Source: Acidimicrobiales bacterium
GTDB lineage: Bacteria > Actinomycetota > Acidimicrobiia > Acidimicrobiales > CATQHL01
DNA length: 64,000 nt
Direction: 5' to 3'
NCBI GenBank assembly: GCA_965242895.1
Contig: OZ251507.1
Coordinates: 626,276 to 690,275, forward strand
Shown here: positions 56,038 to 64,000 of the stretch, piece after piece
How positions within the stretch are numbered: the stretch's first letter is position 1
Layout of the letters: each line of letters starts with the position of its first letter
Made by a program: the position numbers and the translations under genes
The notes under the pieces: model-generated
Told to the model about the DNA's origin: nothing
Database searches by the model: none
What the model saw: the letters and a program-made list of their open reading frames with translations, nothing else

Positions 56038-57227
56038 TGACCGCAGAAGTTCAGAGAGAACTGTCAGACACGATCTTTACTCGAATCGAGTGGGTGACCG
56101 AAACGGCTTCCACGAACTCCGACCTGCTAGAAGTCGCCGCAGGGAGACGGGCGTCCGGAGGGTGGCAGTTAGGGGAACGCCAGGCGGAAACCGAGGAGGG
56201 CGGGCACGGCAGCGTGCTTGTGGCGGATTACCAAAATAGCGGCAGGGGGCGGAGGGGACGGTCTTGGGTGGCTCCTAAAGGGTCTGCGCTGTTGATGTCG
56301 GTGCTCTTACGCCCAGCTGGCTGGGAGACGGCTCGGCTGGCGCTGTTGACGCAGGCTATGGCGGTCTCGACGCTGGAAACCTGCAGGTCGCTGGGCGCAG
56401 ATGTTGCGATCAAGTGGCCCAACGACTTAGTTAGCTGCCTCGACTCGGGTTCGAAACGGGAAACGAGCGCACGGGGGCAAGAGAGCGCCTGGAGGCAAAG
56501 GGCAGGAGATTCGCAAGGGAGTGAGGACACGCCCACTGAAACAAGTGAAAACTTGGAAGAGGCCGCGCTCGGGATGGGCAGGATGGGCGGAACGGGCGAG
56601 ATGCACAGGGGGGGCGCAGAGGCGCAAACAGGCGCAAGGGCAAGCGCCACGAAGTCGAGCGCAAGGTCGAAAGAGATGAAGTTGGCGGGAGTGCTGGCCG
56701 AGACTGCTCCCCCCGTGTTGACTGGCGACGGAAACAGGGGCGAACCTCGGTGGACAGACGCTGCTGTCGTCGTGGGGCTAGGTCTTAATCTGCGCTGGAG
56801 CGAAGAACTGGAACGGGCAGTCAACGAAGCAAAGGAAGACCCTGGCGAAGGAGTGTTTCAATCATTGCCGCCGGTGTCGCTGGATCAACTCGTCGGAAAG
56901 CCTGTGGACAGAAACGAACTTCTCGTGCAGGTGCTGACAAACTTAGACCTCTGGTATCGGCGCCTAGACGGGGGGACGACGGGGACGGAAGCCCTCGTGC
57001 GGAAACTCGGTAGTTACTGTCTCACGCTGGGAAGTTCGGTGCGCGTGAGCACCCCCGGGGGTGTCGTGGAGGGAACGGCGGTGGGTCTGACCGAAGGCGG
57101 TCACCTGATCCTGGAAACAGGCAGAAAGGTAACAGGCAGAGGTGAACCGGGGGCGGAATTGGTGGCAAAAGGCGAGCGAGGCGGTCGAGTCGTGATCTCC
57201 GCTGGAGACTGCATTCACCTACGCTGA
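56037..57227 (+). CDS. birA: biotin--[acetyl-CoA-carboxylase] ligase with large low-complexity insert
   Basis: The GRGRRGRSWVAPKGSALLMSVLLRP motif and ...IKWPNDL... are present. A ~100-aa insert follows KWPND. Confidence 0.85.
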   Translation: MTAEVQRELSDTIFTRIEWVTETASTNSDLLEVAAGRRASGGWQLGERQAETEEGGHGSVLVADYQNSGRGRRGRSWVAPKGSALLMSVLLRPAGWETARLALLTQAMAVSTLETCRSLGADVAIKWPNDLVSCLDSGSKRETSARGQESAWRQRAGDSQGSEDTPTETSENLEEAALGMGRMGGTGEMHRGGAEAQTGARASATKSSARSKEMKLAGVLAETAPPVLTGDGNRGEPRWTDAAVVVGLGLNLRWSEELERAVNEAKEDPGEGVFQSLPPVSLDQLVGKPVDRNELLVQVLTNLDLWYRRLDGGTTGTEALVRKLGSYCLTLGSSVRVSTPGGVVEGTAVGLTEGGHLILETGRKVTGRGEPGAELVAKGERGGRVVISAGDCIHLR

Positions 57228-57328
57228 CGCACCCAATATTCCGCACCCAATATTCGCATCCTGCATTCACATACGCCGACGCACACCCGTTGTAGGTTGA
57301 GAAGGTGATCTGAGCGTCGGAACAGTAA

Positions 57329-57889
57329 TTGGTTCGGGCACGAAATTTAAAAAAGAGACAGGAGCTGCAATTGGCCATTTACGCACTAGGAGAAGTGGAA
57401 CCGGAAGTCCATTCAACGGCTTATGTGCATCCTGAAGCGTCGGTGATCGGCGACGTTGTGATAGGCGCAGGCAGCAGCGTCTGGCCGCAGGCCGTGCTGA
57501 GGGGAGACGACGGGCGCATCCTGGTGGGAGATCGGACGTCCGTCCAGGACGGGGCTGTCATCCACGTGACCTCCGAGGACTGGACTTCGGTGGGCAACGA
57601 CTGCACGATCGGCCACCTGGTTCACCTCGAAGGCTGCTCAGTGGAGGACGGGGCGCTCGTAGGCAGTTCTGCCGTGGTGCTGCATCGGGCGGTGATCGGC
57701 TCTGGAGCCTTGGTGGCGGCGGGCGCAGTGGTGCTGGCCGACACACACGTGCCGGCTGGGGCGATGGCGCTGGGGGTGCCGGCCAAGATTCGGGAAGATG
57801 CGGTAGACGCAGAAGAACTGATGGAAGGAGCGAAAAGCTATGTGGCAAGGGCGCTCCGTTTCAGGCGGGAACTGCGTCGGCTAGACTGA
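57329..57889 (+). CDS. gamma-class carbonic anhydrase family (left-handed beta-helix) protein
   Basis: YVHPEASVIGDVVIGAGSSVWPQAVLRGDDGRILVGDRTSVQDGAVIH...GHLVHLEGC. Confidence 0.8.
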   Translation: MVRARNLKKRQELQLAIYALGEVEPEVHSTAYVHPEASVIGDVVIGAGSSVWPQAVLRGDDGRILVGDRTSVQDGAVIHVTSEDWTSVGNDCTIGHLVHLEGCSVEDGALVGSSAVVLHRAVIGSGALVAAGAVVLADTHVPAGAMALGVPAKIREDAVDAEELMEGAKSYVARALRFRRELRRLD

Positions 57890-58068
57890 ACTACGAAAGA
57901 AAGTTGAAGTCGCAGATACTGCTTCGACAAGGAAACATTCCGTCGCCGTTGCTTCGGCAACCTGGCGGGAAGTTGAAGTCGCAGATACTGCTTCGACAAC
58001 AGGAAACAACAGAGGATCATCCTCCCAAAGGAAACTAAAGAGGATCATCCTCAAGAGGGTGGAACAAA

Positions 58069-59478
58069 ATGACCGATACTGCCACCAAAATCGGTGTTGA
58101 ACTGGGCAACTACGCCCTGGGATGGAGCGACGAGGAAGACTACGTGTTCAAGCCCCGACGCGGGCTGGACGCCGACATTGTCTCCGAGATCTCGCACATG
58201 AAGAGCGAACCCGACTGGATGAGGGCATTCAGAATGAAGTCGCTGAGCCGATTCGAGAATCGCCCTTTGCCGACCTGGGGCGGAGAACTCGGCAACATCG
58301 ACTTCGACAACATCTACTACTACATCAAGCCCACCGAGGAGCAGGTGAGCGAGTGGGACGAAGTGCCCGAGAGCATCAAGAACACCTACGAGCGGCTGGG
58401 CATCCCCGAAGCCGAGCGGAAGTACCTAGCAGGCGTGACGGCACAGTACGAATCGGAGGTCGTCTACCACCGCAACCGCGAAGAACTGGAAGCCCAGGGA
58501 ATCATCTTCTGCGACATGGACACGGCGGTGCGGGAGCACCCCGAACTGGTCCGCAAGCACTTCGGGAAGGTGATCCCGCCAAACGACAACAAGTTCTCTG
58601 CGCTGAACTCCGCAGTGTGGTCGGGCGGATCGTTCATCTATGTGCCGCCGGGCGTGAGCGTGGAACTGCCGCTGCAGGCCTATTTCAGGATCAACGCAGA
58701 GAACATGGGGCAGTTCGAGCGCACGCTGATCATCGCTGACGAAGGGTCGCAGGTCCACTACATAGAGGGATGCTCGGCGCCGGTCTACACCAGCGACTCC
58801 CTGCACTCTGCGGTGGTAGAGATCGTGGTGGGCAGCGGAGCGCGAGTCACCTACACGACCATCCAGAACTGGTCATCGAACGTCTACAACTTGGTCACTA
58901 AGCGCGCCCGGGTGGAAGCAGAGGGGCACATGGAGTGGATCGACGGCAATATCGGCAGCCAGCTGACCATGAAGTATCCAGCTGTCGTGATGGTAGGGCC
59001 GAAGGCGTCCGGCGAGGTGCTTTCGGTGGCGTACGCAGGAAGCGGTCAGCACCAGGACACGGGCGCCAAGATGACCCACGCAGCACCGGAAACGACCTCC
59101 AAGATCGTTTCGAAGTCGATCTCTAAGGACGGCGGTCGGACGAGTTACCGAGGGCTGGTCAGGGTGGAAGAGGATGCCTACGGCTGCACGAGCCACGTGC
59201 AGTGCGACGCCCTCATCCTCGACGCCGACAGCATCTCAGACACCTATCCGTACATGGAAGTCGGCACCCAGGACGCCGTGATCGGCCACGAGGCTGTGGT
59301 CTCCAAGGTGGCCGACGAGCAGCTCTTTTACCTGATGAGCCGTGGGTTGAGCGAAGAGCAGGCCATGGGAATGATCGTGAACGGGTTCATCGAGCCGGTC
59401 ACACGGACGCTGCCCATGGAGTACGCGGTGGAGTGGAGCAGGCTGATTGAGCTGCAGATGGAGGGGTCGGTGGGCTGA
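58069..59478 (+). CDS. sufB: Fe-S cluster assembly protein SufB
   Basis: ...[30 protein letters not shown]...[33 protein letters not shown]... Confidence 0.95.
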   Translation: MTDTATKIGVELGNYALGWSDEEDYVFKPRRGLDADIVSEISHMKSEPDWMRAFRMKSLSRFENRPLPTWGGELGNIDFDNIYYYIKPTEEQVSEWDEVPESIKNTYERLGIPEAERKYLAGVTAQYESEVVYHRNREELEAQGIIFCDMDTAVREHPELVRKHFGKVIPPNDNKFSALNSAVWSGGSFIYVPPGVSVELPLQAYFRINAENMGQFERTLIIADEGSQVHYIEGCSAPVYTSDSLHSAVVEIVVGSGARVTYTTIQNWSSNVYNLVTKRARVEAEGHMEWIDGNIGSQLTMKYPAVVMVGPKASGEVLSVAYAGSGQHQDTGAKMTHAAPETTSKIVSKSISKDGGRTSYRGLVRVEEDAYGCTSHVQCDALILDADSISDTYPYMEVGTQDAVIGHEAVVSKVADEQLFYLMSRGLSEEQAMGMIVNGFIEPVTRTLPMEYAVEWSRLIELQMEGSVG

Positions 59479-59619
59479 GGCCGCTGGACTGGGTTGGGCA
59501 GAAACCTGAACGTCAGACGGAGGCGACTCGGGGGATACTGGGGCTGAGGCGACTCAAGACGGCTCGAGAGCCGCTGGACTGGGTTGGGCAGAAACCTGAA
59601 CGTCAGACGGAGGCGAGCG

Positions 59620-60624
59620 TCAGGTCGGGAGCAGACCGAGTTCGGTCACGGCTTCCCGCTCTTCTGCTAGCTCGGCAAGCGTGGCCGAGAGGCGCGAGCA
59701 GCTGAAATCGTTCAGGGCAATCCCCTCCACGATCTCCCAGCGTCCGTGCTCGCTTGTGCAGGGGAAGGAACTGATCAGCCCAGGCGACACGCCGTAGCTG
59801 CCGTCGGAGGGCAGGGCGACGCTCACCCAGTCGCCCTCGGGAGTGCCGGAGTTCCAATCACGCACGTGGTCGATGGCGGCAGAGGCGGCGGAGGCGGCGC
59901 TGGAGACTCCCAGGGCGTTGATGATGGCAGCACCACGCTGCGCGACGGCGGGGATGAACTCGCCTTCCAGCCAGGTCTGAGACACCAACTCAATCGCTGG
60001 ATGGCCGTCGACAGTGGCTGAGAAGACGTCAGGGTATTGCGTAGAGGAATGGTTTCCCCAGATAGTCATGCGGCGGATAGCCGCAGTGGGCGCCGACACC
60101 TTGCGGGCGAGAGCGGCGACGGCGCGGTTGTGGTCTAGCCTGGTCATTGCGTTGAAACGCTCTGCAGGAATGTCCGCGGCGTTGTTCATGGCGATCAGGC
60201 AGTTCGTGTTGGCCGGATTTCCTACTACCAGGATTCGCACATCGTCGGACGCTTCTTCGGACAGCGCCCTCCCTTGCCCAATAAAGATTTTGCCGTTGGC
60301 CTCTAGAAGGTCTTTCCGCTCCATGCCCTTAGTACGCGGTCGGCTGCCCACCAGAAGAGCCCAACTAGCTCCGGCGAAGGCGACCTCCGCTCGGTCGGTG
60401 AGTTCAACCCCCGCCAGGAGATCGAAGGCGCAGTCGTCAAGTTCCATGGCCACGCCTTCGAGGGCGTCCATGGCCGGCGGTATCTCCAGGAGTTGGAGGA
60501 CGACGGGCTGGTTCGGGCCGAGCATCTCCCCTGCCGCGATGCGGAAGAGGAGGCTGTAGCCGATGCGTCCGGCTGCGCCGGTGACAGCCACGCGGACGGG
60601 GTCTTTCAATGTGTTTTCAGTCAT
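59620..60624 (-). CDS. mdh: malate dehydrogenase (NAD-dependent)
   Basis: [40 protein letters not shown]...MTRLDHNRA...[12 protein letters not shown]. Confidence 0.95.
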   Translation of the reverse strand: MTENTLKDPVRVAVTGAAGRIGYSLLFRIAAGEMLGPNQPVVLQLLEIPPAMDALEGVAMELDDCAFDLLAGVELTDRAEVAFAGASWALLVGSRPRTKGMERKDLLEANGKIFIGQGRALSEEASDDVRILVVGNPANTNCLIAMNNAADIPAERFNAMTRLDHNRAVAALARKVSAPTAAIRRMTIWGNHSSTQYPDVFSATVDGHPAIELVSQTWLEGEFIPAVAQRGAAIINALGVSSAASAASAAIDHVRDWNSGTPEGDWVSVALPSDGSYGVSPGLISSFPCTSEHGRWEIVEGIALNDFSCSRLSATLAELAEEREAVTELGLLPT

Positions 60625-60717
60625 GGCCTAGGGAAAAGGGAATCCGTCGACAGCTATTTGAACTCACCGGCAGCCCGGCCGGCCATTGTCAAGAACCCGT
60701 GTTGAGGCAGTGATCGG

Positions 60718-61944
60718 CTAGAGCCGGTCGATGATGGCCGAAGCGAACTCCGAACAACGCACCTCGGTAGCGTGATCCATGAGGCGGGCGAAGTCGTAGG
60801 TCACTATGCGCTCGGCGATTGTCTGCTCCATTGCGGCGATGATGTCGGCGGCCGGGGAGTCCCAGCCGAGGTGTTCGAACATCATCACGCCCGAGAGCAT
60901 CACGGAGGACGGATTCACCTTGTCCAGCCCGGCGTACTTGGGGGCAGTGCCGTGTGTGGCTTCGAACACGCCGTGTCCCGTCTCGTAGTTGATGTTGCCG
61001 CCTGGAGCGATGCCGATGCCGCCGACCTGCGCGGCCAGTGCGTCGGAAAGGTAGTCGCCGTTCAGGTTCATCGTGGCGATCACGTCGAACTCAGCGGGTC
61101 GTGTAAGAATCTGCTGGAGGGCGATGTCGGCGATGGCGTCCTTTACCAGGATTTTCTCGCCAGGGTTGCCGCCGCAGTCGTCCCAGCCCACAGCGACGTC
61201 GGGGAACTCCTCGCGCACCAACTCGTAGCCCCAGATTTGGAAAGCGCCCTCGGTGAACTTCATAATGTTGCCCTTATGCACCCAGGTGACACTGGAGCGA
61301 TCATGGTGGACGGCGAAGTTCAGGGCGGCGCGCTGGAGTCGGTGAGAGTTGGCGCGGGAAACCGGTTTAATACCGATTCCGGCGTCCTCGGGAACTTCAC
61401 GTCCGAACACCTCGGCAATGACCTCCCTCAGCTTCGTAGCTTCGGGCGAGCGGGCCTCCGCTTCGATGCCGGCATAAATGTCTTCCGTGTTCTCGCGGAA
61501 GATCACCATGTCGACGAGTTCAGGGCGCTTGACCGGTGAAGGCACTCCTTTAAACCAGCGCACTGGACGCAAACACACGTACAAGTCGAGAATCTGGCGG
61601 ATAGCCACGTTCAAACTGCGGAAACCGCCGCCAATCGGCGTAGTGAGCGGGCCTTTAATACCGATTAGGTATTCGGAAAAGGCTTTGATGGTCTCTTCAG
61701 GAAGCCAGTCGCCAGTCTCTTTGAAAGCCTTTTCGCCTGCGAGCACCTCCATCCAGGCGATGCTCTTGCCGTAGTTAGCTGCTGCAGCGTCAAGGACGGC
61801 CTGGGCTGCGGGCCAGATATCAATCCCCGTGCCGTCGCCTCTGACGAACGGGATAATGGGGCGATCGGGCACGTTGAGGACGCCGCTCTCCCCTAGGGTT
61901 ATCTTTCCTTCTTTTGCTTTGTTCTTTTTTGACATTGAACTCAT
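60718..61944 (-). CDS. icd: isocitrate dehydrogenase (NADP-dependent)
   Basis: ...[24 protein letters not shown]...[29 protein letters not shown]...[22 protein letters not shown]. Confidence 0.95.
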   Translation of the reverse strand: MSSMSKKNKAKEGKITLGESGVLNVPDRPIIPFVRGDGTGIDIWPAAQAVLDAAAANYGKSIAWMEVLAGEKAFKETGDWLPEETIKAFSEYLIGIKGPLTTPIGGGFRSLNVAIRQILDLYVCLRPVRWFKGVPSPVKRPELVDMVIFRENTEDIYAGIEAEARSPEATKLREVIAEVFGREVPEDAGIGIKPVSRANSHRLQRAALNFAVHHDRSSVTWVHKGNIMKFTEGAFQIWGYELVREEFPDVAVGWDDCGGNPGEKILVKDAIADIALQQILTRPAEFDVIATMNLNGDYLSDALAAQVGGIGIAPGGNINYETGHGVFEATHGTAPKYAGLDKVNPSSVMLSGVMMFEHLGWDSPAADIIAAMEQTIAERIVTYDFARLMDHATEVRCSEFASAIIDRL

Positions 61945-62156
61945 TCTACGGAGGGAAGGGACTTTTGAGCGTCCCTCTGGGGCTGGATGTTGGAGGGCGA
62001 GGCGGCAAGGGACGGCTACACCGGATCAGGGACGACCGGAGGCGCCTGAGCGACGTCTAGGAGAACCCTCAACCGGGGGACTCAACGTTGGACGGCGGAG
62101 ACTGTGCTGCTCAAGATGAACTCTTCACTCACTACGTCATTAACGTCTATCCGCTC

Positions 62157-63005
62157 TCAATGTTCGGCTGCGGAGACTGTGTTGCTCAAGAGCATCGCCC
62201 TAGTCATCGGGCCGACTCCGCCGATGCGGGGCGACAGCCAGCCTGCCACCTCGGCCACTTCGTCAGAAACGTCGGAGAGCAGCCTGCCCCCTTCGAAACT
62301 CACGCCAGCCGCTACGACTGCGGCGCCCGGCTTGACCATGGAGGCGGTGATGAGGCCGGGCGAGCCCGCCGCCGCGACGAGGATGTCTGCCTGGCGGGTG
62401 AAGGCGGCGAGGTCGTTGACTCCGGTGTGGACGACCGTCACCGCGGCGTTCGCACCAGGGCGCTTGAGCGACAGGAGGTTGGCCAGCGGGCGTCCGATGG
62501 TGAGGCCCCTGCCCACGATCACCACGTGAGCACCCTTGGTGGGGACGTCGTAAGCGGCAAGCATGTGGACAATACCTGCGGGCGTGCAGGCCAAGGGAGC
62601 CTCAATACCCTGGAGCAGCCGTCCAAGGTTCACCGGATGCAGCCCGTCTGCGTCTTTTTTTGGGTCGACGGCTGAGAGAGCGGCTTCGTAGTCGAGTCCG
62701 GGCGGGAAGGGATACTGCATGAGGAAAGAGTGGACGTCGTCGTCGGCGTTGAACTCGGCCACGACCTCTGAAACTTCGTCCTGCGAGGCGTCGGAGGGGA
62801 GAGGCACGTGTTTCGACTTGATGCCTACCTCCGCACAGTCTCGGTGCTTCATCGACACATACTTGGCCGAGGGCCCGTCGTCGCCCACTAGAAGCGTTCC
62901 CAGCCCCGGGGTGATCCCGCGCTCTGCAAGCGCTTCAATGCGGCGGCGCAGGTCGACCTTCAGATCGGCAGCTAGACGCTCTCCGTCAAGGATGATGGCT
63001 GCCAT
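62157..63005 (-). CDS. folD: bifunctional methylenetetrahydrofolate dehydrogenase/cyclohydrolase
   Basis: ILDGERLA...ITPGLGTLLVGDDGPSAKYVSMKHRDC.EVGI...VVIVGRGLTIGRPLANLL...GGVGPMT. Confidence 0.95.
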   Translation of the reverse strand: MAAIILDGERLAADLKVDLRRRIEALAERGITPGLGTLLVGDDGPSAKYVSMKHRDCAEVGIKSKHVPLPSDASQDEVSEVVAEFNADDDVHSFLMQYPFPPGLDYEAALSAVDPKKDADGLHPVNLGRLLQGIEAPLACTPAGIVHMLAAYDVPTKGAHVVIVGRGLTIGRPLANLLSLKRPGANAAVTVVHTGVNDLAAFTRQADILVAAAGSPGLITASMVKPGAAVVAAGVSFEGGRLLSDVSDEVAEVAGWLSPRIGGVGPMTRAMLLSNTVSAAEH

Positions 63006-63144
63006 AGGACGAGGTCGAGCGCTTTCTCGAAGTTAAGGGAGGCTGGGGATGAACGTAACGGCGGCGGGCTGGGGATGAACGTAACGGATGCGGCGGCTGG
63101 GAGTAAACGTAACAGCGGCGGCGGCTAGAGAGCTAGGGGCGCTG

Positions 63145-63789
63145 CTAGCGCTCTTCGGGAAGTCTGACGCCGGTTCCGCCTAGGCCGCAGTAACCCGACG
63201 GGGTCTTGGCCAAGTACTGCTGGTGGTAGTCCTCGGCGTAGTAGAACTCTCCCGCCGGAACAATTTCGGTGGTGACGGGGCCGTAACCGGAAGCGCTGAG
63301 CGCCTTTTCATAGCGAAGCTTCGTGCGTTGCGCCGCTGATTGCTGAGCAGCGTCGGAGGTATAGACGCCTGAGCGGTACTGGGTACCGAAGTCGTTGCCC
63401 TGGCGCATTCCCTGGGTGGGGTCATGGTTCTCCCAGAACAGGGAGAGCATGCGTTCGAGATCGCTGGCAGAGGGGTCGAATACGACAAGGACGACCTCGT
63501 TGTGCCCGGTACGCCCAGAGCAGACCTCTTCGTAGGTGGGGTTCGGGGTGTAGCCGCCCGAGTAGCCCACGGCCGTAGTGAAGACGCCCTCGACCTGCCA
63601 GAAGACCCGCTCCGCCCCCCAGAAGCACCCCATGCCCACCAAAAAGACCTGCATATGGCTAGGGAACGGCGGCTGCAGAGGAGTGCCTAGGACGAAATGG
63701 GAAGCCGCCACCGGCATCTTCTGCGTGCGGCCGGGCAGGGCTTCGGCGGGCGTGGGTAATCGGTCTTTTGCTCTCGTGAAAAGCGCCAT
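63145..63789 (-). CDS. msrA: peptide-methionine (S)-S-oxide reductase
   Basis: [54 protein letters not shown]...DPT.GMRQGND.GTQYRS. Confidence 0.95.
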   Translation of the reverse strand: MALFTRAKDRLPTPAEALPGRTQKMPVAASHFVLGTPLQPPFPSHMQVFLVGMGCFWGAERVFWQVEGVFTTAVGYSGGYTPNPTYEEVCSGRTGHNEVVLVVFDPSASDLERMLSLFWENHDPTQGMRQGNDFGTQYRSGVYTSDAAQQSAAQRTKLRYEKALSASGYGPVTTEIVPAGEFYYAEDYHQQYLAKTPSGYCGLGGTGVRLPEER

Positions 63790-64000
63790 AGGTAATATCT
63801 CCTGTCTTTCTCTAACTAATCGTAGTTGAAGTTCGCTTTTCGGATTCTCTTGCGTCCCCTTGCGGGTCGGAGGTCACTGCTCGCTCCGAATGTGGAAGCA
63901 GCGAGCGCCGAACGTGGAAGCAGCGAGGCGCAAGAGTTGCGTGGGATGAGCGCAAGCCGATACAAGCGCAACAGCCAATAGACGCAAGCCGATACAGAGA

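Overview
GC-rich, actinobacterial-type chromosome segment. Supporting genes are the mycothiol amidase Mca, suf genes with a Rieske ferredoxin, AccA/BirA and a homodimeric-type AceE. The core genes are ilvB/ilvD, mca, a PhoU-TrkA_C plus MgtE-like pair, hyuA/hyuB, rnhA, aceE, an MFS pump, suf genes, accA, birA, mdh, icd, folD and msrA. Two stretches are visibly lower in GC (by-eye estimate only) and look like accessory islands. Island 1 (~7.1-20.2 kb) has four parts: (a) a truncated copy of a methyltransferase 5' end; (b) two tandem paralogous secreted repeat-protein genes; (c) a type III-like module made of a beta-class DPPF methyltransferase with a C14 tract at codons 4-8 and a PKD-like C-terminus, a ResIII-type helicase, and a separate overlapping PD-(D/E)xK nuclease ORF; (d) a tightly packed four-gene minus-strand cassette (AlbA_2/Schlafen-like protein, DUF3696-type ATPase, PIN-like protein, second ABC-type ATPase). 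I consider cassette (d) the best candidate for an undescribed defence system. Island 2 (~47.15-52.75 kb) carries a decayed C5-methyltransferase and a GHKL-ATPase plus DUF4263-like nuclease reading frame broken by one in-frame TGA. It is bracketed by paralogous TM/coiled-coil repeat genes, and a third paralog sits upstream of birA. Other notable items: a ~2,077-aa lipoprotein made of 15 tandem Cache-like domains; a SelW/Rdx selenoprotein with an in-frame UGA; an ilvB leader-peptide attenuator; a scattered suf regulon with two sufC paralogs; five same-strand poly-C tracts; and recurrent 35-47 bp duplications of gene ends. I saw no rRNA, tRNA, CRISPR array, integrase or transposase. All family assignments are by-eye motif recognition without database searches.
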